Shown one piece after another: positions 22,835-31,503 of a DNA stretch of 64,000 nucleotides. The position numbers were made by a program, and so were the translations under genes. Each line of letters opens with the position of its first letter. The stretch's first letter is position 1. The notes under the pieces are model-generated. The model saw only the letters and a program-made list of their open reading frames with translations. It was not told where the DNA came from and did no database searches. Source of the DNA: an uncultured Planctomycetaceae bacterium (lineage in GTDB: Bacteria; Planctomycetota; Planctomycetia; Isosphaerales; Isosphaeraceae); contig CAWIAD010000001.1 in NCBI GenBank assembly GCA_963833985.1, positions 1,792,001-1,856,000 of the forward strand. Reading direction: 5' to 3'.

Positions 22835-24694
22835 ATGACCGGCCGCGGGCTCGATACAGTTCGCCGCGAACTCGACGTGTTGTTGCACGTGGGCACGCTT
22901 GCCGGCGCCGCGGACGAGCAACTGCTCGAGCAGTTCACGAGCGGGGCGGCGCGCGTGCAGCAGGTCGCGTTCGAGGCGCTGGTGCAGCGTCACGGCCCGA
23001 TGGTGCTGGGCGTCTGCCGCCGGATATTGAGCGACTGGCAAGCCGCCGAGGACGCTTTTCAGGCGACCTTCCTGGTGCTCAGCATGAAGGCGCAAACGGT
23101 CCGTCGCCGCGGCTCGCTGGCAGCCTGGCTGCACGCCGTGGCATCCCGGGTGGCACGGCGCGCCCTGGCGGCGAAACGCAGGCGCTGGGAGTTGCCGCTG
23201 GCCGTCGAGCCCCCGGCCCGCGCTCGTGGCGATGCCGACCTGGCGGAGGTGCAAGCGATTCTTGACGATGAGCTCGCACGGCTGCCGGAAAAGTATCGCC
23301 GGCCGGTCGTACTCTGTTACCTGGAAGGGCGCACGCAAGAGGAAGCAGCCCGGCTGCTCGGGTGGAGCAAGGGGACGGTTTCGGGCCGGCTGGCACGCGC
23401 CAAGGAGGTGCTGCGCGGCCGCCTCGCTCGCCGCGGGCTCTCCTCTGCCGGGGCCGTCATCACAGCCTGCCTGACGCCGGAAACCGCTTCGGCCGGCGTC
23501 CCGGCGCCCCTCTTGCTCAGAACGGTTCAGGCCGCGACCGCCCTGGGGTTGGCCGTCATGGAGAACAGCCCGGCCGCGGGGCGGGCCATGGTGCTGGCGC
23601 GTGGAACCGCGGGCGCAATGGCCCTGCGGCCGCTCAGGTCGGTCCTCTCCGTGCTCCTGGTGGGCCTGGGCGCCACCGCGGTGGCAGGGCCCCTCTACTG
23701 GAGGTTCCACGTCGCCGGTTCCATGAAGCCGCCAGCCCCTGGCTCGCGCCTGGGCGAGGAACTCGCGGACACCGCGTCGATCGTCGGTGTCGCCTACACG
23801 CCGGACGGAGCCGCCGTGATCGCGCTGCGAAGCGACGGCCAGTTGCGCATCGATCGCCTTGCGAGTACGTCGGACGTGAGCCTCATCGATCTGTTCGCGG
23901 GCGAGCAGGGCGTGACCGCTGCCGCGGTGCGCGAGCTCGCACTCTCGGCCGACGGCACGCGGGTCGCCGCGATCGGCACGGTGCGCGTGGCCTCGCGCGG
24001 GCGGCCGATCGACGGAGTCTGGCTCTGGAACCTGCCGGATCGCCGGCTGGTGCGGAGGATCGAGTTCGGCGGCACCGCCGTGGACGCGCTGGCGTTTTCT
24101 CCCGAGGGTGCTAGCCTGGCCACCGGCGATCATGCGGGTCAGATCCAGCTCTGGGACATCGCCAGTGGTGAAGAGACCTTGAGGCTCAAGCTGGGCGACA
24201 AGCCGGTGCGCGGCATCGCCTTCTCGCCGGACGGGATGACGCTGGCCGCGGCCGGCCCCGAGAGTGGCGTGCAGCTCTGGGACCTGGGCGGAGGCCGTTC
24301 CCTGGGCCCCGCGCAGGCCGATCCGCAGCCCGAGGCGTCTCATCCCTGCTTCTCTCCGGACGGGAGCTTGATTGCCTTCGGCACGCCCGGGTCCGGCGTA
24401 TTCGTCGCGGAGCGGGATGGCGGCCAGGTCCGCTGCCGCGTGGATGTCGGCCATGAAGACTTCCTGGCCCTGGCATTCGCGCCGGACAGCCGGTTCCTGG
24501 CCGTGGGCGGCGGCCGCGCGATCACGGTGGTGCGCACCGCGAACAGCCAGGTCCTGTGGCGGGCCGGCCTGGAGCGCTCCCTCGGGCCGGGCAGCCTGGC
24601 GTACGCGCCCGACGGCAAGACCATCGCCGCGGGCCAGGGTGGCAGCTTGACGTTGCTCGATGCCGCGACCGGCGCCTTGCTGGAGAATCGCTGA
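22835..24694 (+). CDS. ECF sigma factor with C-terminal hydrophobic segment and WD40 repeats (planctomycete ECF57-like)
   Basis: Sigma2 AFEALVQRHGPMV..AEDAFQATFL, sigma4 LPEKYRRPVVLCYLEG..GTVSGRLARA; repeated AFSPDG / QLWD. Confidence 0.93.
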   Translation: MTGRGLDTVRRELDVLLHVGTLAGAADEQLLEQFTSGAARVQQVAFEALVQRHGPMVLGVCRRILSDWQAAEDAFQATFLVLSMKAQTVRRRGSLAAWLHAVASRVARRALAAKRRRWELPLAVEPPARARGDADLAEVQAILDDELARLPEKYRRPVVLCYLEGRTQEEAARLLGWSKGTVSGRLARAKEVLRGRLARRGLSSAGAVITACLTPETASAGVPAPLLLRTVQAATALGLAVMENSPAAGRAMVLARGTAGAMALRPLRSVLSVLLVGLGATAVAGPLYWRFHVAGSMKPPAPGSRLGEELADTASIVGVAYTPDGAAVIALRSDGQLRIDRLASTSDVSLIDLFAGEQGVTAAAVRELALSADGTRVAAIGTVRVASRGRPIDGVWLWNLPDRRLVRRIEFGGTAVDALAFSPEGASLATGDHAGQIQLWDIASGEETLRLKLGDKPVRGIAFSPDGMTLAAAGPESGVQLWDLGGGRSLGPAQADPQPEASHPCFSPDGSLIAFGTPGSGVFVAERDGGQVRCRVDVGHEDFLALAFAPDSRFLAVGGGRAITVVRTANSQVLWRAGLERSLGPGSLAYAPDGKTIAAGQGGSLTLLDAATGALLENR

Positions 24695-24763
24695 ACCCGC
24701 GTGCCGCTTCGAGTACGATGGTCTCCGTGCAACCGGGATGGTTCCCGCTGAAAGGGTTTCAAG

Positions 24764-26992
24764 ATGCTTGCCACGATGCTGCTTTCCGCCTGTGTGCTCG
24801 CCGCTTCCGCACCGGCCGCGGACCCTCCAGCGGAAGCCCCCCGTCTGAGGGCCTATGAGCAGGCCAGGGCGGCCGCCGGCCATGATGCCGACGCCCAGGT
24901 GAAGCTCGCCCTCTGGTGCGAGGCCCATGGGCTTTCAGCCGAGCGCATCAAGCACCTGACGCTGGCGACGCTCGCGGATCCTTCCAACCTGGTGGCGCAC
25001 GGGCTTCTGGGGCTGATCCAGTACCACGGAAAGTGGCAGCGACCGGACCAGATCAGCCGCGACGCACAGCAGGACGCCGCCCGCAAGGCCGTGCTCGATG
25101 AGTACCTCGAGCGGCGGGCGCACACGCCGGACAAACCCGATGAGCAGTGGAAGCTGGCCCTCTGGTGCGAGCAGCACGGGCTGGCCGATCAGGCCACGGC
25201 CCATCTGCACCAGGTGCTGCGCCGCGACCCCCGGCGCGACGCGGCCTGGAAACGGCTCGGCTACCGGAGGCAATCCGGCCGCTGGGTGAAGCCGGAGCTC
25301 GTCGCGGCACAGAAGGCGGAGAACGAAGCGCAGGGCAGGGCAGACAGGTACTGGAAACCGAAACTCGAACGCTGGCGTGACGCGCTGTCGGGCCGTGACA
25401 AGGCGAAGCAGGCCGCGGCCGACGAAGCCCTTGCTGCCGTGACCGAACCGCGCGCCGTGCCCGCGGTGTGGTCGGCGTTCGCCCAGGGGAGCCTGGCGCA
25501 GCAGCAAATGGCCATCCGCACGCTGGGCCAGATCGATTCACCCGCCGCCTCCCGCGCCCTCGCCCTGCTGGCGGTCTTCTCGGGCCATGCGCAGGTCCGC
25601 GGCGACGCGATCGCCACCCTGCGCCGGCGCGATCCGCGTGAGTTCGCCGACATGCTCATCAGCCTGATCCGCGAGCCCATCCAGTTCGAGGTGCGGCCGG
25701 TGGGCGGGCCGGGAAGCCCCGGCGAGCTGTTCATCAAGGGTCGCGGCGACAAGGCCAACCTGAAGCGAGTCTACGCGCCCCCACCTGCCCCCGAGGTATC
25801 TCTTCAGCCCGGTGACCGCGTGGTGTACGACGACGCCGGCATGCCTGTCATCCAGCGGACAACGTCAGTCCTGGCGCAATCAAGTTTTATGCACCCGGCG
25901 GATCTCTTTGCCGGGCAGACTCCGGCTGTGAGCGCGGAACAAAAGCAGAAGATCATAGGACTGCTTTCCAGCAGTGGTCTTGGGGCCCACGCACAGCAGA
26001 TTGGTCAGCAGCTCATCTCCGCATACCAGAACCAGCCACAGTTCGGACTGAACGTCTTTTATCAGTTCGCCGCCTTGAATGGTGCGCTGAACGACCCGAT
26101 CTTGCCGACGACCCGGTTATCGTTCACCTTCGGCCAGGGCGTGCTCATCCCCGTTGGCAGCATGCAGCTCGAGGCGCAAAGGACCGCCGTGGCTGCCGCC
26201 CAGCAGCTCCAGCGCGACGCCGGCCAGTTGCGGGCCTACAACGATTCCCTCCGCGAGCTGAATGACCGCGTCGTCCCTGTTCTGAAGGATGTCTCTGGTC
26301 TCGACCTGGGCACGAATCAGGGCGACTGGCAGAAATGGTACACCGACCTGGTCGGCTACCAGGCGCTCTCCGCGAGCACCACCGAGCCGCCCACGGTCAT
26401 CGAGCAGGTGCCGCTCGATTACCAGCCGCAGCCGGTGCCCATCGGTCAATTCATCGGGCCGATTGCGGTCCAGCGCATGAGTTGCTTCGGCGCGGGCACG
26501 CTGGTGCGAACGCTCGGCGCCGTGCGGCCGATCGAGGAGCTTGCCGTGGGCGACCAGGTCCTCTCTCAGAGCACGCGGACGGGTGCCCTGGCCTACCGGC
26601 CCATCCTCGTCACGCACCACAACCCGCCCAGCAAGACCTTCGAGATCTCGCTGGGCCGCGAGACGCTTGTCAGCAGCGCTTTTCACCGATTCTGGAAAGC
26701 GGGGCAGGGCTGGGTGATGGCACGCGAGCTGAAGTCCGGCGACCTGGTCCGGACCCTGAACGGAGTCGTCCGGATGGCGTCGATCGGTCCCGGCAAGATC
26801 GTTCCGGTGTTCAATCTCGACGTGGCCGAAGATGCCGATTTCTTCGTCGGTCACACCGCTGCGCTGGTCCATGACAACACGCTGCCTGATCCGCGGCAGC
26901 TTGCCTTTGACGCGCTGGCGGACCCGGCCGCGCACGAGACAGAGCGACCGGTCGAGCCGGCACGCGGCAACCCCGGGGGCCCTGTACGATGA
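24764..26992 (+). CDS. Secreted HEAT-like repeat protein with C-terminal HINT domain (paralogue 1)
   Basis: Signal peptide; two KLALWCE(A/Q)HGL motifs; HINT 26483-26878: CFGAGTLV, SAFHRFW, VFNLDV, FFVG, LVHDN. Confidence 0.9.
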   Translation: MLATMLLSACVLAASAPAADPPAEAPRLRAYEQARAAAGHDADAQVKLALWCEAHGLSAERIKHLTLATLADPSNLVAHGLLGLIQYHGKWQRPDQISRDAQQDAARKAVLDEYLERRAHTPDKPDEQWKLALWCEQHGLADQATAHLHQVLRRDPRRDAAWKRLGYRRQSGRWVKPELVAAQKAENEAQGRADRYWKPKLERWRDALSGRDKAKQAAADEALAAVTEPRAVPAVWSAFAQGSLAQQQMAIRTLGQIDSPAASRALALLAVFSGHAQVRGDAIATLRRRDPREFADMLISLIREPIQFEVRPVGGPGSPGELFIKGRGDKANLKRVYAPPPAPEVSLQPGDRVVYDDAGMPVIQRTTSVLAQSSFMHPADLFAGQTPAVSAEQKQKIIGLLSSSGLGAHAQQIGQQLISAYQNQPQFGLNVFYQFAALNGALNDPILPTTRLSFTFGQGVLIPVGSMQLEAQRTAVAAAQQLQRDAGQLRAYNDSLRELNDRVVPVLKDVSGLDLGTNQGDWQKWYTDLVGYQALSASTTEPPTVIEQVPLDYQPQPVPIGQFIGPIAVQRMSCFGAGTLVRTLGAVRPIEELAVGDQVLSQSTRTGALAYRPILVTHHNPPSKTFEISLGRETLVSSAFHRFWKAGQGWVMARELKSGDLVRTLNGVVRMASIGPGKIVPVFNLDVAEDADFFVGHTAALVHDNTLPDPRQLAFDALADPAAHETERPVEPARGNPGGPVR

Positions 26993-29166
26993 CTGTGAAC
27001 TGGCTGGCGACCTGTCTTCTCTGCCTGGCCTTTGAACCGCCCCAGACACCGGCGCCCCTGGCGCCCGCCGGCCCGGATCTCGCCGCATACCAGCAGGCCC
27101 GGGCCCGGGCCGGCCATGATGCCGACGCCCAGGTGAAGCTCGCCCTCTGGTGCGAGGCCCATGGGCTTTCAGCCGAGCGCATCAAGCACCTCACGCTGGC
27201 GACGCTGAGCGATCCGGCCAATGCGGCCGCGCGCGGCTTGCTCGGCCTGGTGCTGTACCAGGGCAAGTGGCAGCGACCCGACCAGATCAGCCGCGAGATC
27301 GCCGTCGAACCCGCACGCAGGGCGCTGGTGGACGAGTACCTGCGGAGGCGCGCCGCGACACGCGACCGGGCCGACGATCAGTGGAAGCTGGCGCTCTGGT
27401 GCCAGCAGCAGGGGCTGGGCGAGCAGGCGGTCGCTCATCTCTACCGGGTGGTCCAGCTCGACCCGCACCGCGATGCGGCCTGGAGACGCCTGGGTTACCG
27501 GAAGACCGGCGCGCGCTGGGCCAGGCCCGAGCTGCTCATCGCCGAGAAGGCCGAGCTGGAAGCCCAGGTGCGGGCCAACCGGTTCTGGAAGCCCCGGCTC
27601 GAGCACCTCCGCGCTGCGCTGGGCGAGCACAACCCGGCGAAGAAATCCATGGCCGTGCACGCCCTGGAGCAGATCACCGATCCGCGTGCCGTGCCCATGG
27701 TCTGGGCCGTTCTCGCGCGGGGCAGCCAGGCCGATGAGCAAACGGCCGTCCAGCTGCTGGGGCAGATCGACGCCCCGGGCGCCGCGCGTGCACTTTGCCT
27801 GCTGAGCCTCTTCAGTCCCTTCCCGGACATCCGCGGCTCGGCCGTGGCGATCCTCCGCCGGCGCGATCCCCGCGAGTTCGCCGCGCTGCTGGTCGGCATG
27901 ATCCGCGAACCTATGAAGTTCCAGGCCAGTCCCGTGGGTGGGCCGGGCGTTCCGGGCATGCTCATGGTGCGGGGCGACGCGTTTGACACCCAGCGCCGCT
28001 ACAGCCCGCCGCCACCGCCCGTGTACATTCCGGCCTTCAACGACACGGTCTTCCCCGACGCCTCCGGTCAGCCGGTCATCTTCCACCCGCTCGGTTTCTA
28101 TTCGGCGGCGGTTGGCGACGACATCCTGGGCCGCATCCAGGCCCGGGTGAGCCAGGCGGAACGTCTGCCGGCGCTGCTGGCCCAGGCGGGGGCCGGGCAG
28201 GCGGCGGTCCAGGCCGGCGAGCAGGTTGCTGCCCAGGCCCGCACCCAGGGCGCAAGCCAGACGGCCGCAACCCGGAACCTGATCGGCCAGAGCGGTCCCA
28301 CGGCCGGGGCGCCGCATGGCTTTGAAACCGTGCAGCTCGGCGTTCCTTATCTTCAGATCCCCATCGGCCAGATGATGGCCGCGGCACAGGCCACCGCCAT
28401 GCTCGCCCAGCGCCAGCTCGAGGCCGACGTCCGGTCGATCCACGAATTCAACGCCGTCGTCACCGCGTGGAACGCGCGGGCGCTCTCGGTCCTGACCGAG
28501 GTCTCCGGCCGGGACCTCGGCTCGGATCGACAAGCCTGGGACCGCTGGCTGACTGACCTCCAGGGCTACGCGTACGTCTCTCCCACGCAGCCGGTCGACA
28601 AGCCCACCGTGGTCGAGGAGGTCCCCGTGTCGGCCGTCCCGCAGCCATCGGTCGTCCTGAACGCGATCGAGGGTCCGATCGCGAACATCCCGCGGCATTC
28701 CTGCTTCGCCGCGGGCACCCTGGTGCACACCCTGAGCGGACCGCGGCCGATCGAGGAGCTGAGCGCCGGCGACCTGGTACTGAGCCGTGACACGGCAACC
28801 GGCACGCTCCGCTTCGCGCCCGTGGTCGTCGTCTACCACAACCCGCCCAATGCGACGAAGCGGATCGAGACCGAGAGCGGATCGATTGTCGCCACGGCCA
28901 TCCACCGGTTCTGGAAGGCGGGCTCCGGCTGGGTGATGACACGCGAGCTGAAGCCCGGCGACAGGGTGCGCACGATTGCTGGCAGCCTGGTGGTTCGGTC
29001 GGTCCAAACGGACAGCGTTCAAAACGTTTTCAACCTTCAGGTCGCCGACAGCGACAGCTTCTTCGTGGGCACCGAGGGCGTGCTGGCCCACGACAACAGC
29101 CTGGTGAACCCTCCGGAGCATCCATTCGATCGCGTGCCAGCCCTGGAAGACATCGCCCGACCCTGA
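26989..29166 (+). CDS. Secreted HEAT-like repeat protein with C-terminal HINT domain (paralogue 2)
   Basis: ATGA overlap with paralogue 1; HINT 28702-29097: CFAAGTLV, TAIHRFW, VFNLQV, FFVG, LAHDN. Confidence 0.9.
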   Translation: MTVNWLATCLLCLAFEPPQTPAPLAPAGPDLAAYQQARARAGHDADAQVKLALWCEAHGLSAERIKHLTLATLSDPANAAARGLLGLVLYQGKWQRPDQISREIAVEPARRALVDEYLRRRAATRDRADDQWKLALWCQQQGLGEQAVAHLYRVVQLDPHRDAAWRRLGYRKTGARWARPELLIAEKAELEAQVRANRFWKPRLEHLRAALGEHNPAKKSMAVHALEQITDPRAVPMVWAVLARGSQADEQTAVQLLGQIDAPGAARALCLLSLFSPFPDIRGSAVAILRRRDPREFAALLVGMIREPMKFQASPVGGPGVPGMLMVRGDAFDTQRRYSPPPPPVYIPAFNDTVFPDASGQPVIFHPLGFYSAAVGDDILGRIQARVSQAERLPALLAQAGAGQAAVQAGEQVAAQARTQGASQTAATRNLIGQSGPTAGAPHGFETVQLGVPYLQIPIGQMMAAAQATAMLAQRQLEADVRSIHEFNAVVTAWNARALSVLTEVSGRDLGSDRQAWDRWLTDLQGYAYVSPTQPVDKPTVVEEVPVSAVPQPSVVLNAIEGPIANIPRHSCFAAGTLVHTLSGPRPIEELSAGDLVLSRDTATGTLRFAPVVVVYHNPPNATKRIETESGSIVATAIHRFWKAGSGWVMTRELKPGDRVRTIAGSLVVRSVQTDSVQNVFNLQVADSDSFFVGTEGVLAHDNSLVNPPEHPFDRVPALEDIARP

Positions 29167-29317
29167 CGCGCCGCTTCGTGCCGCCGGGGAGTTCCCGCCC
29201 GGGCAAGTGATTGCGGCGCCTCAAAGCGCGGCATAAGATCAGGGCAACCCGCGTGCTGACGATCGTCGTGCAGCCACACCGTCATCCGCGTGGAGAATCC
29301 CCAGCGGAGGTTCGCGC

Positions 29318-30451
29318 ATGTCTCGCCTGGCAATCGCCTCCGGACTTGTCTTCTGGATTCTCTGGGCCACGACGAACGTGCACGCCCAGACCGGGCAAGA
29401 CATCCGCGAGCTCAAGCTGCGCGACTGGCAGCCGCGTTCGATGCTCGTCACGAAGACGACGCAGGTGCCGAAGGCGAAGTTTCCCGTCATCGACATTCAC
29501 AACCACCTGGGCGGAGGGAAGGCCTGGCTGACTCCGGAGCGGGTGAACCATTACCTTGCCGAGATGGACGCGACCGGAGTGCAGACGGTCGTGAACCTCG
29601 ACGGCGGCTGGGATGAGCGGCTGGCCGAGACGCTGGACGCACTGGACAACGCCCATCCGGGACGGTTCCTGACCTACGCCCTGATCAACTTCCAGGGCAT
29701 CGAGGAACCCGGCTGGACCGACCGCGAGCTGAAGCGGCTGGAGGCCGGGTTCCGTGCGGGCGCCAAGGGATTGAAGATCCACAAGACGCTCGGGCTGGGC
29801 CACCGCTACAAGGATGGCCACCTGGTCTCGGTCGATGACCCCAAGATCGACCCGCTCTGGGAAATCTGCGGCAAGTACAAGCGGCCCGTGGTGATCCACA
29901 CCGGCGACCCGGGTGCGTTCTTCACGCCCCTCGATCAGAACAACGAGCGCTGGCACGAGCTGAATGAACATCCGAACTGGCTCTTCCACGGCAAGGACTT
30001 CCCTCCCCGCGCCGAGCTGCATGCCCAGCGCCTGCGGGTGATTGCCCGCCATCCCCGCACCACCTTCCTCTGCGCCCACATGGCCAACGACGGCGAGGAC
30101 CTGGCGGCCGTGGGCCAGTGGCTCGACCGCTACCCGAACATGTACGTTGATGTGGACGCGCGCATCTCCGAGCTGGGCCGGCAGCCGTACGCGGCGCGGC
30201 GGTTCCTGATCAAGCACCAGGACCGCGTTCTCTTCGGCACCGACACGCCGCCTTCCCGCGAGGCCTACCGCATGTACTTCCGCTTCCTGGAGACCGATGA
30301 CGAATACTTCGACCCGGCCGGCGGCCATCATCGCCAGGGCTTCTGGATGATCTACGGCGTGTTCCTGCCCGACGACGTTCTGGCCAGGATCTACAACGGC
30401 AATGCCCGCAAGCTGCTCTTCGGACTTGCCGATCCTCAGGCTCCTCATTAA
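29318..30451 (+). CDS. Secreted amidohydrolase-family protein (Amidohydro_2-like)
   Basis: VIDIHNH, VIHTGD, AHM, LFGTD metal ligands; signal peptide. Confidence 0.88.
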   Translation: MSRLAIASGLVFWILWATTNVHAQTGQDIRELKLRDWQPRSMLVTKTTQVPKAKFPVIDIHNHLGGGKAWLTPERVNHYLAEMDATGVQTVVNLDGGWDERLAETLDALDNAHPGRFLTYALINFQGIEEPGWTDRELKRLEAGFRAGAKGLKIHKTLGLGHRYKDGHLVSVDDPKIDPLWEICGKYKRPVVIHTGDPGAFFTPLDQNNERWHELNEHPNWLFHGKDFPPRAELHAQRLRVIARHPRTTFLCAHMANDGEDLAAVGQWLDRYPNMYVDVDARISELGRQPYAARRFLIKHQDRVLFGTDTPPSREAYRMYFRFLETDDEYFDPAGGHHRQGFWMIYGVFLPDDVLARIYNGNARKLLFGLADPQAPH

Positions 30452-30466
30452 CCCGGAGGCACTGCC

Positions 30467-31309
30467 ATGCGCGCGGGGCCGCTCACTCCCCTGCAACTGG
30501 ACCGTTACCAGCAGGCGGGTCACCTGGTCGTGCCCGCCATGTTCGATGCCGAGGAGATTGGCCTCCTGCTGCGGTCGGCCCGGGAGGATCGGGCACTCGA
30601 CCAGCATGCCTTCGCCAAGGACGACGGCGAGGGGGGCCGGGTCCGGCTCTCGCTCTGGAACCATCCCGGCGACGGCATTTACGGCATGTTCGCGCGCTGC
30701 CGGCGGATCGTGGATTCCTGCGAGCAGATCCTCGACGACGAGGTCTACCATTATCATTCCAAGATGATCATGAAAGATGCCAGGGTGGGCGGGGCCTGGA
30801 CGTGGCACCAGGACTATGGCTACTGGTACCAGAACGGCGTGCTCTTTCCCAACCTGGTGAGCGCATTCATCGCCGTCGATCCGAGCACGCGCCAGAACGG
30901 CTGCCTCCAGGTGATTGAGGGCTCGCACCGGATGGGCCGCATCGACCACGTGCTCAGCGGCGAGCAAGCCGGCGCGGACCGGCAGCGGGTGGAGGAAATC
31001 CTCCAGCGTTTACCTTTGGTGCACGTGGAGATGGAGCCCGGCGATGTGCTCTTTTTCCATCCGAACCTGCTGCACCGCTCCGACCGCAACACGTCGGACC
31101 GCCCGCGCTGGAGCATGATCTGCTGCTACAACGCTCGCCACAACGACCCGTACAAGGAAGCCCACCACCCGCGCTACACGCCGCTCTCCAAGGTGGACGA
31201 TGCGATGATCCGCGCCGTCGGCATCAAGCGATTCGGCGACGACGCCAGCGACGTGGCCTGGCTCAATCCCGAAGTCGACGTCAGCGCCCGCTCGCTGGGG
31301 AAGACGTAA
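30467..31309 (+). CDS. Phytanoyl-CoA dioxygenase (PhyH/EctD-like) Fe(II)/2-oxoglutarate dioxygenase
   Basis: WHQDYGYW, NGCLQVIEGSH, LLHRS..N..R. Confidence 0.92.
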   Translation: MRAGPLTPLQLDRYQQAGHLVVPAMFDAEEIGLLLRSAREDRALDQHAFAKDDGEGGRVRLSLWNHPGDGIYGMFARCRRIVDSCEQILDDEVYHYHSKMIMKDARVGGAWTWHQDYGYWYQNGVLFPNLVSAFIAVDPSTRQNGCLQVIEGSHRMGRIDHVLSGEQAGADRQRVEEILQRLPLVHVEMEPGDVLFFHPNLLHRSDRNTSDRPRWSMICCYNARHNDPYKEAHHPRYTPLSKVDDAMIRAVGIKRFGDDASDVAWLNPEVDVSARSLGKT

Positions 31310-31503
31310 CGAAGATCCAAAGATTTACGATGGCCGGCGTGATTTTACAGTTGTGACGAATCAACGTCTGACTTGTTCGACTTGAAAGAGATGCTTTCGG
31401 GCTTCGAACCGCCCGAGATGAAAGTCCGCGGGGTTTCTCGATTAACGACGGGGTGTGCAAACCGGCACGGACGAAACTCTGACACGAAGATTCCGAGACA
31501 ACC

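Noticed and set aside
26483..26878. Mobile intein with homing endonuclease
   Set aside because: 132-aa minimal HINT with no endonuclease insert, not within a conserved housekeeping protein
22793..29121. Long antisense ORFs (22793..24928, 27169..29121; likewise 11344..13299 and 55414..57657)
   Set aside because: Shadow frames of high-GC genes; no recognisable motifs
24764..29166. Classical polymorphic toxin/immunity locus
   Set aside because: Only 22-37 aa follow the HINT domains, and no small immunity ORF or orphan toxin cassette is present
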